DNA of 64,000 nucleotides, taken from an uncultured Bacteroidales bacterium. GTDB taxonomy: Bacteria > Bacteroidota > Bacteroidia > Bacteroidales > P3. Within the stretch, counting starts at the first letter, position 1; each line of letters begins with the position of its first letter. The notes beneath the pieces were generated by a model. The model worked only from the letters and a program-made list of their open reading frames with translations, did no database searches and was not told the origin of the DNA. Below are positions 29,915 through 38,043 of this stretch, one piece after another. The stretch spans positions 76,171-140,170 of the forward strand of contig ONEY01000004.1 of assembly GCA_900316965.1 (NCBI GenBank). Direction: 5' to 3'. Position numbers and translations under genes: made by a program.

Positions 29915-31291
29915 ATGAAAAAAAGAGTATTCCTCATGCTGTTTGCGGCAATGTTCCTGCCCTTTGCAATTAACGCGCAAGTCAATTCATCGGTGCATAT
30001 AGACTCAACGATAGTCGCATGCGACAGCTACACATGGTCGATAGACGGTCAGACGTATACGACATCAGGTGTTCACACCCACATCCAGGGCGACACACTG
30101 TATATACTTGACTTGACCATCAACAATTCTATAGACACCGTGATTGCGACCCCCCTGCATGGTGGATGCACCTTCACATGGGGAGACAGCACCTACCACA
30201 CACAGGGAGTGCACACAAGAGTATTTCAGAGCCAGTCGGGTTGCGACAGCACAGTGACCATCAACCTGCAGCTTACCGGTCAGGCCACCAAGACCTACAC
30301 TGTTACCGCTTGTGAGAGCTACATCTGGAAGGGTGACACCTTGACAGCGACAAACACCTATAACAAGAACTTCACCGACACAGTCAACAACTGTGACTCG
30401 ATACTGACGTTGAACCTAACGGTGATGACACCCGCCGCTATAGCCTACGACACCACGGTAGTGGCCTGCGAGCAGACCCGTTATCGTTTCCATATGTCGC
30501 AGAGCTGGACCAATGTGACCCAGAACGGATACACGATGACCTCAGAGGCATTTGGCAACACCAGCACCGGAAGAGGCATCTTCCATCCCCGCACAGCAGA
30601 GAAATGCTTTGACAGCATAGTGACCGTGCACTTCAACATCAAGAAAAACGTGAATAACGTCATTGTTGCCAACAATCAGTGCGATGAATATACCCTTGTA
30701 ATCAACGACTCGACCTCGAAGACATTCACATACAGCATAGTTGATACCACCACGTTGAAACGTGAGGCATCAAACGGCTGCGACAGCCTTATCATACTGC
30801 AGTTGAACTTGAGCAAGAGTCCCGTGCCTTACATCACAGGCGACCTCAACGTAGCACCTGGCAGCAGCGCAACACTTCACGCCAACTGTGACCAAGATAG
30901 TGTCACCTACACCTGGAGCACCGGAAGCCACGACAACGACATCACCCTCACCAACCTTAGCGGCAACCAGGATGTTACCCTGAACGCAAAGAACAACGGC
31001 ACCGGATGTGAGGGTACCGCATACGTGACCATCAGAGCCAACGTCTCGATTGAAAATGTGGAAGACGCAGATATGGCAGTATACCCCAATCCTACATCAG
31101 CATTTGTCAACATCACCACCAATGAGAATGTTAAGAATGTAAGCATTTACAATGTGATGGGACAGCAGGTGATGAGTGTGAATGGCAGCAAGGTCATCGA
31201 CCTCCGCAGCCTGAACAACGGCACCTATGTTATGCGTGTACAGCTTGAGAATGGTGTTGTCGCAACCCGTACAATCCTTCTGAGCAAATAA
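29915..31291 (+). CDS. T9SS C-terminal-sorting-domain protein with Cys-containing internal repeats
   Basis: Signal peptide MKKRVFLMLFAAMFLPFAINAQ. At least three modules follow the pattern C-x-S-Y-x-W ... C-D-S-x-(V/L)-T-(I/L)-N-L. C-terminal sorting domain VYPNPTSAFVNI...NGTYVMRVQLENGVVATRTILLSK. Confidence 0.7.
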   Translation: MKKRVFLMLFAAMFLPFAINAQVNSSVHIDSTIVACDSYTWSIDGQTYTTSGVHTHIQGDTLYILDLTINNSIDTVIATPLHGGCTFTWGDSTYHTQGVHTRVFQSQSGCDSTVTINLQLTGQATKTYTVTACESYIWKGDTLTATNTYNKNFTDTVNNCDSILTLNLTVMTPAAIAYDTTVVACEQTRYRFHMSQSWTNVTQNGYTMTSEAFGNTSTGRGIFHPRTAEKCFDSIVTVHFNIKKNVNNVIVANNQCDEYTLVINDSTSKTFTYSIVDTTTLKREASNGCDSLIILQLNLSKSPVPYITGDLNVAPGSSATLHANCDQDSVTYTWSTGSHDNDITLTNLSGNQDVTLNAKNNGTGCEGTAYVTIRANVSIENVEDADMAVYPNPTSAFVNITTNENVKNVSIYNVMGQQVMSVNGSKVIDLRSLNNGTYVMRVQLENGVVATRTILLSK

Positions 31292-31313
31292 TAAAATCAT
31301 AGCAGATAAGAAA

Positions 31314-31342
31314 AGCGTTCGGAGAACCGGACGCTTTTTTTA
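31314..31342 (+). terminator. Rho-independent terminator
   Basis: agcgttcgg-agaa-ccggacgct followed by a T-run. Confidence 0.75.
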
Positions 31343-31430
31343 TATAGAGGGAGATGACGGATGAAGGGCGTTGTGTATATTGTGGAGAGGGAAGAATATA
31401 TATAAGGAATAATCCATTACGAAAAACAAT

Positions 31431-32462
31431 TTGTCGAGTATGCACAAAACAATACTAATAGCGGCAATGGCGGCAATAATGCTGCAAGGCTGCATGGGCA
31501 AGAAAAACGGAGAGGAGCCGATACGCATAAACGGATTGGCCCAAGGGACATACTATAGCGTAATATATTACGATGAGAAAGGGCGGAATTTGCAGGGGGA
31601 GATAGACTCGATACTGAAAGACTTCGACCAGACAGCATCGCTATGGGTAGACTCGTCGATGATAAGACGGGTGAACGAGAACAAAGACAGCGTTGTCAAC
31701 GAATTGTTCGCCACATTGACCGAGCTGTCGACAGAGATGAACAGCTATACCAGCGGTGCCTTTGACTGTACGGTAGGAGGGCTGGTGAAAGCATGGGGAT
31801 TCAGTTTCAGCGACAGCGTGACGATAAGCGACGAGATGGTAGACAGTTTGCTGCGATACACTGGGAAACAGCCCGTGATAGTGGATAACGGCGGCAGGAA
31901 GATAGTGCGCAAGGGGTCGCCGGAAGTGACCTTCGACTTCAACGCGATAGCACAAGGGTATAGTACCGACATGATATGCAGATTTTTGGAGACGAAAGGG
32001 ATAGAGAACTACATTGTGGACATAGGAGGCGAGGTGAGAGCCAAGGGAGCCAAAGCCGACGGAAGCCGATGGAAGGTGGGAGTGGAAAAGCCATCGAAGA
32101 GCAGCGAGAGCGGAAGAGAGGTGCAGGCGTCGATATACCTGCAAGACCAGTCGATAGTAACGTCAGGGAACTACCGCAAATACAGAGAGAAAGACGGGGT
32201 GAGATATAGCCACACGATAGATCCCACGACGGGGCGTCCGGTGGAGCACACGTTGCTGAGTGTGTCGGTGGTAGACACCGCGGCGTGGCGCGCGGACGCA
32301 TTGGCGACAGCATTTATGGTTATGGGGCTGGAGAAATCGCTGAAATTCATAGAAGAGCATAGTGAAGACCCCGGGACAAGGGCTGTGTATTTTATATACA
32401 ACGAAGAGGGCGAAAACAAGACGTACTCGACGCCAGGTTTTGAGAAGCTGATGGCGGAATAG
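31431..32462 (+). CDS. apbE: FAD:protein FMN transferase (ApbE family lipoprotein)
   Basis: Lipoprotein signal (AAIMLQGC), plus AIAQGYSTD and YSHTIDPTTGRP motifs typical of ApbE. Confidence 0.85.
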   Translation: MSSMHKTILIAAMAAIMLQGCMGKKNGEEPIRINGLAQGTYYSVIYYDEKGRNLQGEIDSILKDFDQTASLWVDSSMIRRVNENKDSVVNELFATLTELSTEMNSYTSGAFDCTVGGLVKAWGFSFSDSVTISDEMVDSLLRYTGKQPVIVDNGGRKIVRKGSPEVTFDFNAIAQGYSTDMICRFLETKGIENYIVDIGGEVRAKGAKADGSRWKVGVEKPSKSSESGREVQASIYLQDQSIVTSGNYRKYREKDGVRYSHTIDPTTGRPVEHTLLSVSVVDTAAWRADALATAFMVMGLEKSLKFIEEHSEDPGTRAVYFIYNEEGENKTYSTPGFEKLMAE

Positions 32463-32503
32463 CATAAAAAGATATTAATAAAATTATTTGAAAGCAGAGA
32501 ATT

Positions 32504-33373
32504 ATGAAATCGATGACAGGATTTGCCAAAAAGACAGCAACTGTTGGAGGCAAGAGTTACACAATAGAGATAAAATCGTTGAACAGCAAGCAGATGGACG
32601 CAGCGGTAAAGCTGCCGACGACAATGAAACACCTGGAGCTGGAGATAAGAGCGTTGATAGGTAAGCTGGAGCGCGGGAAAGTGGATTTTCTATTGAGCGA
32701 AGAGAATCCCAGCACAACGACGACAACGATAGACAGCCAGACAGCGATAAGCAGATACCAGCAGCTGAGTGAGCTGGCGGAAAGCCTGAATGCCGGAGTG
32801 GGGAAAGAGACGATATTCACCATCGTCATGCAGCAGAGCGACATCTGGGTTGCCAACCAGACGGTGACAATAGACGAGAAGGAGAAAGAGGAGCTGATGA
32901 GAGTCATTGAGGAGGCTTTAGACGAACTTGACGCTACAAGACGGCATGAGGGAGAGATAATGAAGATAGATATCGCGAAGCATGTGGACCAGATAGAGGA
33001 GTATCTGGGTCAGATACCGCCCTACGAGCAGGAGCGGATAACGACAGCGAAAGAGAGGATGCGCAGTTATCTGGCAGAGTCGGCCGTGAAGGACGTCGAC
33101 GAGAACAGGTTTGAGCAAGAGCTGATATATTACCTTGAGAAGCTGGACATCACCGAGGAGAAGGTGCGACTGGCGAAACATATAAACTATTTTCGCGACG
33201 TTATGGAGCATGAGGAGTCGTCGGGAAAGAAGCTGGGCTTCATAGCGCAGGAGATGGGACGCGAGATAAACACTACGGGATCGAAGGCGAACCATGTGGA
33301 GATACAGAGATTGGTGGTGGGGATGAAGGATGAGCTGGAGAAGATCAAGGAGCAGCTAGGGAATATTCTGTAG
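32504..33373 (+). CDS. yicC: YicC/YloC family endoribonuclease
   Basis: 289 aa with MKSMTGFA N-terminus and C-terminal QEMGREINTTGSKANHVEIQRLVV...KEQLGNIL. Confidence 0.85.
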   Translation: MKSMTGFAKKTATVGGKSYTIEIKSLNSKQMDAAVKLPTTMKHLELEIRALIGKLERGKVDFLLSEENPSTTTTTIDSQTAISRYQQLSELAESLNAGVGKETIFTIVMQQSDIWVANQTVTIDEKEKEELMRVIEEALDELDATRRHEGEIMKIDIAKHVDQIEEYLGQIPPYEQERITTAKERMRSYLAESAVKDVDENRFEQELIYYLEKLDITEEKVRLAKHINYFRDVMEHEESSGKKLGFIAQEMGREINTTGSKANHVEIQRLVVGMKDELEKIKEQLGNIL

Positions 33374-33600
33374 GTCTGCGGCAAGGTTAACGTTATCTTT
33401 TGGATACAAAATGCTTTTGCTTGCGGGCGAACGCATATATTATTCATTACAGAAGTTGGGAAAAACGTAAATTGCTTGCTACGATCGCCCCTCTTTTTCA
33501 TGACGGTAATAAACGGAAATTGCTTGCCTGCGGCAAGGGTCTACGGCAAGGTTATCTATTGGATACAAATTGCTTTTGCTCGGGGGCGAGAGCTAGGCAG
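33374..33600 (+). repeat. Dispersed intergenic repeat, locus A
   Basis: Two direct copies of about 55 bp (33376-33434 and 33541-33593, ctRcggcaaggtta...ttggatacaaaWtgcttttgctYgSgggcga) flank about 105 bp that shares motifs with locus B. Confidence 0.75.
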
Positions 33601-33760
33601 GACGATCTCATATTGATTCTCTGAAACTGAAATCAAACGGATAATCTTGGGGTTGGGATTTCAGGCTGGAAAGGCGAGGATGAAGAGGTGAGAAGAGGGG
33701 GAATAGAGATGGGGAAAAAATATTTTTCGGTGTAAGAGTATCAACATAAAAGATTTTTTG

Positions 33761-33768
33761 TAACTTTG
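33761..33768 (+). promoter_or_regulatory. -7 box TAACTTTG upstream of the EF-G paralog
   Basis: TAnnTTTG match about 100 nt upstream of the ATG at 33870. Confidence 0.35.
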
Positions 33769-33869
33769 CCATTTCCAACCGCATTGTCCGGAGGGCTGAA
33801 AACGCTCCGAACAATATGGTTTATAGTTATATGCAATAAAATAAATAAATAATAAATAATAGTAAAACA

Positions 33870-36002
33870 ATGAAGATTTACCAGACCTCTGACATCCGCA
33901 ACATCGCCCTTGTGGGTGGTGCCAAGGCGGGCAAAACTACGATGGCCGAAGCAATGGCCTTCTGCGGCGGGCTAATCAACCGACGTGGAACGGTGGACGG
34001 CAAGAACACGATAAGCGACTACCGCGACATCGAATTGGATCGCAAATACTCGGTTGAGACAACGTTGATGTACACCGAATTTGGCGGCAAGAAGATCAAC
34101 ATACTTGACGTACCTGGCTTTGCCGACTATCAGGGGGAGCTTGACGCTGCACTGAACGTAGTAGAGGCCGCAGTAGTGGTAGTCAACGCACAGAGCGGCG
34201 TGGAAGTTGGCACAGAGATAGCCAACCGCTATGCCACGAAGTTGGAGACACCGATGCTGTTTGTTATGAATCATCTTGATGCAGAGAAAGCCAATTTTGA
34301 CGAGAGTGTTAATCAGCTGAAAGATTTCTTTGGAGGCAAGTGCACAGTGTTGCAGTTTCCGACGAACGCAGGACTAGGATTCAACCAGATCATCGACATA
34401 GTAGCCAACAAGATGTACACCTTCAACGGAGACAAGATGGAGGAGGCAGAGATACCGTCGCAGTATGCCGACAAGGCTGCAGAGATGCGCGAGGCATTGG
34501 TAGAGGAAGCCGCTGCTGCCGACGACGAGTTGATGGAGAAATTTTTTGAGAACGGCGACCTCACTCCCGAGGAGCTGACCAAGGCTTTGAAGCTTGCCAT
34601 AGACAAGAGAGATCTCTTCCCAATCCTGTGCACCAGTGCCAAGGAGAATATGGGAGTAGCCCGCTTGTTGGAGTTCATCTGCCAGAATGTACCCGCACCG
34701 AACGAGGTAGCCGAGTGCAAGAAGACCAAAGGCGGCAAGGAGCTGAAGAACGAGAGCGGCAACGCCACAGTAGCTTTTGCTTTCAAGAGCGCCAAGGACA
34801 AGAATCTGGGCGAGATCACCTATCTGCGTATCTATGATGGCGAGTTGGCCGAGAGCCAGGATGTTATCAACGCCTGCAACCAGAGCAAGGAGCGTGTGAG
34901 CCAGGTGCTGGTGTGCAGCGGCAAGGACCGTCAGAGAGTAGAGAAAGCATGCGCTGGTGATATTGTTTGCACCATCAAACTGAAAGATGTTAAGATCAAC
35001 CACACCTTGACGACGCCGAAGAACACCGACGACGCTGTTGAGGAGATAGAGTTCCCGACACCGATATACACCGTAGCCGTGAAGGCCGCCAACAGCAACG
35101 ACGACGAGAAAGTCGGAGCCGCATTGAAAGACCTTTCGACCTACGACCGCAGCCTTTCGTTGGAGAACAGCCGCGAGCTGCGTCAGACCATTTTGGGCTG
35201 CCAGGGTGAGTTGCACCTGAACACAGTGAAATGGTATTTTGAGAACCAGTACAAGCTTGGAGTGAACTTCACAGCGCCCAACATTCCCTATCGTGAGACC
35301 ATCACAAAGAGTGCCGAGGCAATGTATCGCCATAAGAAGCAGTCGGGTGGTAGCGGTCAGTTTGGAGAGGTTCACATGCTCATCGAGCCTTACTACGATG
35401 GTATGCCCAACCAGACCAAGTATCCTATCCGCGACACCCAGGAGTATCCGCTGGAGTGGGGAGGCAAGCTGGTATTCAACAACTGTATCGTAGGAGGTGC
35501 TATCGACGCACGCTTCATGCCCGCCATTTTGAAGGGTATCATGGAGAAGATGGAGCAGGGCCCACTGACCGGATCGTACGCTCGCGACATTGTTGTGAAC
35601 ATCTACGATGGTAAGATGCACCCGGTAGACTCGAACGAGACCGCGTTCAAGATTGCCGGTCGTACGGCATTCCGCGAGGCCTTCAAGCTTGCCAATCCGA
35701 AGATTAAAGAGCCTATCTATGACGTAGCCGTCACCGTACCCACCGAGAGCCAGGGAGGTGTTATGACCGACCTACAGGGCCGCAGAGCCATGGTTCTTGG
35801 CATGGATGCCGAAGGCAAGTACACGACGTTGCGCGCCAAGGCACCTTTGGCCGAGATGAACCGTTACTGCACCGCGTTGAGCTCACTGACCAGCGGTCGC
35901 GGAACCTTCACGATGACCTTCAGCGGCTATGAGCTTGTACCCACCGATGTACAGCAAGCCCTTCTCAAGGCATACGAAGAGGCCGCCAGCGAGGAAGAAT
36001 AG
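33870..36002 (+). CDS. Elongation factor G family GTPase (paralog)
   Basis: 710 aa with G1 GGAKAGKTT and DVPGFADY (G3). Full five-domain length, but the N-terminus is non-canonical compared with housekeeping fusA. Confidence 0.85.
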   Translation: MKIYQTSDIRNIALVGGAKAGKTTMAEAMAFCGGLINRRGTVDGKNTISDYRDIELDRKYSVETTLMYTEFGGKKINILDVPGFADYQGELDAALNVVEAAVVVVNAQSGVEVGTEIANRYATKLETPMLFVMNHLDAEKANFDESVNQLKDFFGGKCTVLQFPTNAGLGFNQIIDIVANKMYTFNGDKMEEAEIPSQYADKAAEMREALVEEAAAADDELMEKFFENGDLTPEELTKALKLAIDKRDLFPILCTSAKENMGVARLLEFICQNVPAPNEVAECKKTKGGKELKNESGNATVAFAFKSAKDKNLGEITYLRIYDGELAESQDVINACNQSKERVSQVLVCSGKDRQRVEKACAGDIVCTIKLKDVKINHTLTTPKNTDDAVEEIEFPTPIYTVAVKAANSNDDEKVGAALKDLSTYDRSLSLENSRELRQTILGCQGELHLNTVKWYFENQYKLGVNFTAPNIPYRETITKSAEAMYRHKKQSGGSGQFGEVHMLIEPYYDGMPNQTKYPIRDTQEYPLEWGGKLVFNNCIVGGAIDARFMPAILKGIMEKMEQGPLTGSYARDIVVNIYDGKMHPVDSNETAFKIAGRTAFREAFKLANPKIKEPIYDVAVTVPTESQGGVMTDLQGRRAMVLGMDAEGKYTTLRAKAPLAEMNRYCTALSSLTSGRGTFTMTFSGYELVPTDVQQALLKAYEEAASEEE

Positions 36003-36036
36003 TCGATTGGTTATTCGAATCGCCGATAATAGAAAA

Positions 36037-36067
36037 AGTGTCCATAAAAGATATGGGCACTTTTTTT
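36037..36067 (+). terminator. Rho-independent terminator after the EF-G paralog
   Basis: agtgtccata-aaag-tatgggcact followed by a T-run. Confidence 0.75.
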
Positions 36068-36230
36068 GTTGTTTGTGAGAGGCACAGGGGCGAGGGAGAG
36101 AAAAGGGCGAGGGATTATAGGGAGAACGCAGAGGGGAAAGAGGAATGCTATTGCTTTGACAGACTGCGAGATACAAGAGCAGACAAGAGAGGGCGAGGAA
36201 GAAAAATGGTGAGAAGAGAGAAAAAAAGTG

Positions 36231-36238
36231 TAAATTTG
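36231..36238 (+). promoter_or_regulatory. -7 box TAAATTTG upstream of the ferredoxin gene
   Basis: TAnnTTTG match about 50 nt upstream of the ATG at 36288. Confidence 0.35.
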
Positions 36239-36287
36239 CAGTCGTAACGGACAGACAATTATCAATCAGAATAAAAACAGGAAAACG

Positions 36288-37046
36288 ATGATACTATATT
36301 TTTCGGGGACAGGTAACAGTTTAGCTATAAGCCGCGAGATAGCCGTAGAGACCGGCGACAGAGTGATGGCCATGGGCGAGGAGAGCGATTTGAGAGGCGA
36401 GAGACGAGTCGGGTTGGTGTATCCTTGCTATTGGTTCAATGCGCCGCGCGCAGTAATGGAGCGAGTGAGGAAGATGGAGATATCGAGAGAGGCGTATGTG
36501 TTTATAGTGATAAGCTGTGGGGCGCAAGCGGGGAATGCGATATGGAGTGTGAGGAAGGTACTGGAAGAGAAAGGAGTAGAGGTAGCGTACAGCAACAAGA
36601 TAAGAGAGCCCGACAACAGCGCTATCGGTTTTGGGCGGAATCCGAACGAGCAGGGGTGGAAGTTTGAGAAGTATGCGGGGCGGATGAGGAGTATAGCAAT
36701 GGACGTTGCCAGAGAAGAGCGCAAGTTGCGCTATGGGTGGTGGGGACCGATAGGAGCGTTGTGTGGCGGGAAGAGGATGCAGGGGTGGACGTTGCCGATG
36801 TTGACGCCGAAGGTAAGCGAGGAGAAGTGTGTAGGGTGCGGGATATGCGCAGGAGTGTGTCCGCAAGGCAACATAAAGATGGAGGGAGGCAAGGCGCGCT
36901 GTGGAGGAGAATGTACGCAATGCCTGGCGTGTGTGCATTTTTGTCCGCATCAGGCTATGGAGCTAGGGAAGCGAGGTACGCCGAAGGAGCATCAGTATCA
37001 TCACCCCGGGGTGACGATGAGAGATTTGATGAGAGGCGGAAATTAG
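36288..37046 (+). CDS. Flavodoxin-like / 2x[4Fe-4S] ferredoxin fusion (EFR1-type)
   Basis: N-terminal MILYFSGTGNS flavodoxin-like motif; C-terminal CVGCGICAGVCP and CTQCLACVHFCP. Confidence 0.7.
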   Translation: MILYFSGTGNSLAISREIAVETGDRVMAMGEESDLRGERRVGLVYPCYWFNAPRAVMERVRKMEISREAYVFIVISCGAQAGNAIWSVRKVLEEKGVEVAYSNKIREPDNSAIGFGRNPNEQGWKFEKYAGRMRSIAMDVAREERKLRYGWWGPIGALCGGKRMQGWTLPMLTPKVSEEKCVGCGICAGVCPQGNIKMEGGKARCGGECTQCLACVHFCPHQAMELGKRGTPKEHQYHHPGVTMRDLMRGGN

Positions 37047-37232
37047 CGGGGGAAGCGAAAAGGGGCAGAGGCCTAGTGAAAGCGAAAATGCGGCCTACCT
37101 GATTATGTGTAAAGAATAGGTATGGCAATTATCTAATAAAACCACGTTGGGAGAATGGCGTGAGGAATTGGTGATTTATAGAAGAGAGAGCAAGATGTCA
37201 AAGAACGCGAGGGGGAGTGGGGATTGGGGTGT

Positions 37233-37265
37233 TGTCTTTTACTGATTATGGTTGACATTTTTTTG
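37233..37265 (+). repeat. 33-nt conserved element (copy 2)
   Basis: tgtcttttactgattatggttgacatttttttg matches the reverse complement of 2666-2698 at 32/33 positions. Confidence 0.85.
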
Positions 37266-37319
37266 CTCTTTTCCTAATATGGTTACCTCCAAAAAGTCGG
37301 TGTCCACAGCAGTCACTTG

Positions 37320-37380
37320 TTTTCCTAAACAAGTGGACAATTTCCTGACATCGTTGACAGTATTCCTGAAAAGATTGACA
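37320..37380 (+). repeat. Three tandem units of about 20 bp (TTCCTRA-N7-8-TKGACA)
   Basis: The units are ttttcctaaacaagtggaca, atttcctgacatcgttgaca and gtattcctgaaaagattgaca, upstream of the His/Cys protein-receptor operon. Confidence 0.75.
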
Positions 37381-37513
37381 ACCGCGAAATTTCTCGAATG
37401 CAAAGATAGGGGAAAAACAGCATATTGTCTGATGGGGGTGATGGTTAACAGGCTCACAATTAACGGGGTCGCTTATTGTTGCTAGAAGAGTATGAGGGTG
37501 ATGGCGGTAGAGA

Positions 37514-37521
37514 TAATTTTG
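37514..37521 (+). promoter_or_regulatory. -7 box TAATTTTG upstream of the His/Cys-rich protein gene
   Basis: TAnnTTTG match about 50 nt upstream of the ATG at 37570. A second match (TATTTTTG, 37554-37561) is too close to the ATG. Confidence 0.3.
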
Positions 37522-37569
37522 ATACGAAAAGTTGGGATAAAAGGGATTTTTTGTATTTTTGCAAACAGA

Positions 37570-37899
37570 ATGAGTCGCGGAATATTCAGACATATTGCCT
37601 CTATAGTGCTACTGGCCACATATTTGCCAATGGTGGTGCTGTCGTCGGTGCATGTGCATCATGACACAATTGACGCAAAAGACGAGTGCAACCAGTGTGT
37701 GGGGCATATAGAGAAGGCTCATCACCATGAACACGACTGCCTGTACTGCCACTTCCTAAATATGGAGTATGAGGGCGAGGCGGGCGAAATGAGGGCAGCC
37801 ACGCTGCCTGCCGCCGAGAACATGGTGTCGGCCACCTGCGAGGGGGTTGAGACACATGTGTACGGAGTGGCGCTGCTGAGGGCTCCGCCGAGAGGATGA
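37570..37899 (+). CDS. Hypothetical membrane-anchored His/Cys-rich protein
   Basis: One N-terminal TM helix (IASIVLLATYLPMVVLSS), then HVHHD-x7-CNQCVGH-x5-HHHEHDCLYCHF. Start taken at MSRGIF. Confidence 0.45.
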   Translation: MSRGIFRHIASIVLLATYLPMVVLSSVHVHHDTIDAKDECNQCVGHIEKAHHHEHDCLYCHFLNMEYEGEAGEMRAATLPAAENMVSATCEGVETHVYGVALLRAPPRG

Positions 37900-38043
37900 T
37901 AATAGACTATTTTTTATGTTTGGCTTGTAGGCCACCATATCGCCACGCTGCGAAAGAGGCAGCGCGGCGGTGGAGATTTTTGTTAGGTTGTGGCCGAAGC
38001 AAAAAGAATGTATAATTATCATCATAACAATCTTATTTACAAA

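Noticed and set aside
33400-33624. 74-aa ORF across repeat locus A (also 39862-40320(-) across locus B, with a VKVKVNVKVKVD tract).
   Set aside because: The peptide periodicity simply mirrors the DNA repeats. There is no independent coding evidence.
36085-36125. Potential G-quadruplex (ggggcgagggagagaaaagggcgagggattataggg), and the G-runs at 37211-37230.
   Set aside because: The loops are long and irregular and the second site has only three G-runs. Both fit the general purine richness of leading-strand intergenic DNA.
37239-37593. ORFs of 72-115 aa (37239-37457-, 37252-37485+, 37246-37593-) in the 520-bp gap upstream of the receptor operon.
   Set aside because: They overlap each other on both strands, span the repeat and promoter elements, have no start context or motifs, and show atypical composition. 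They are more likely non-coding regulatory DNA.
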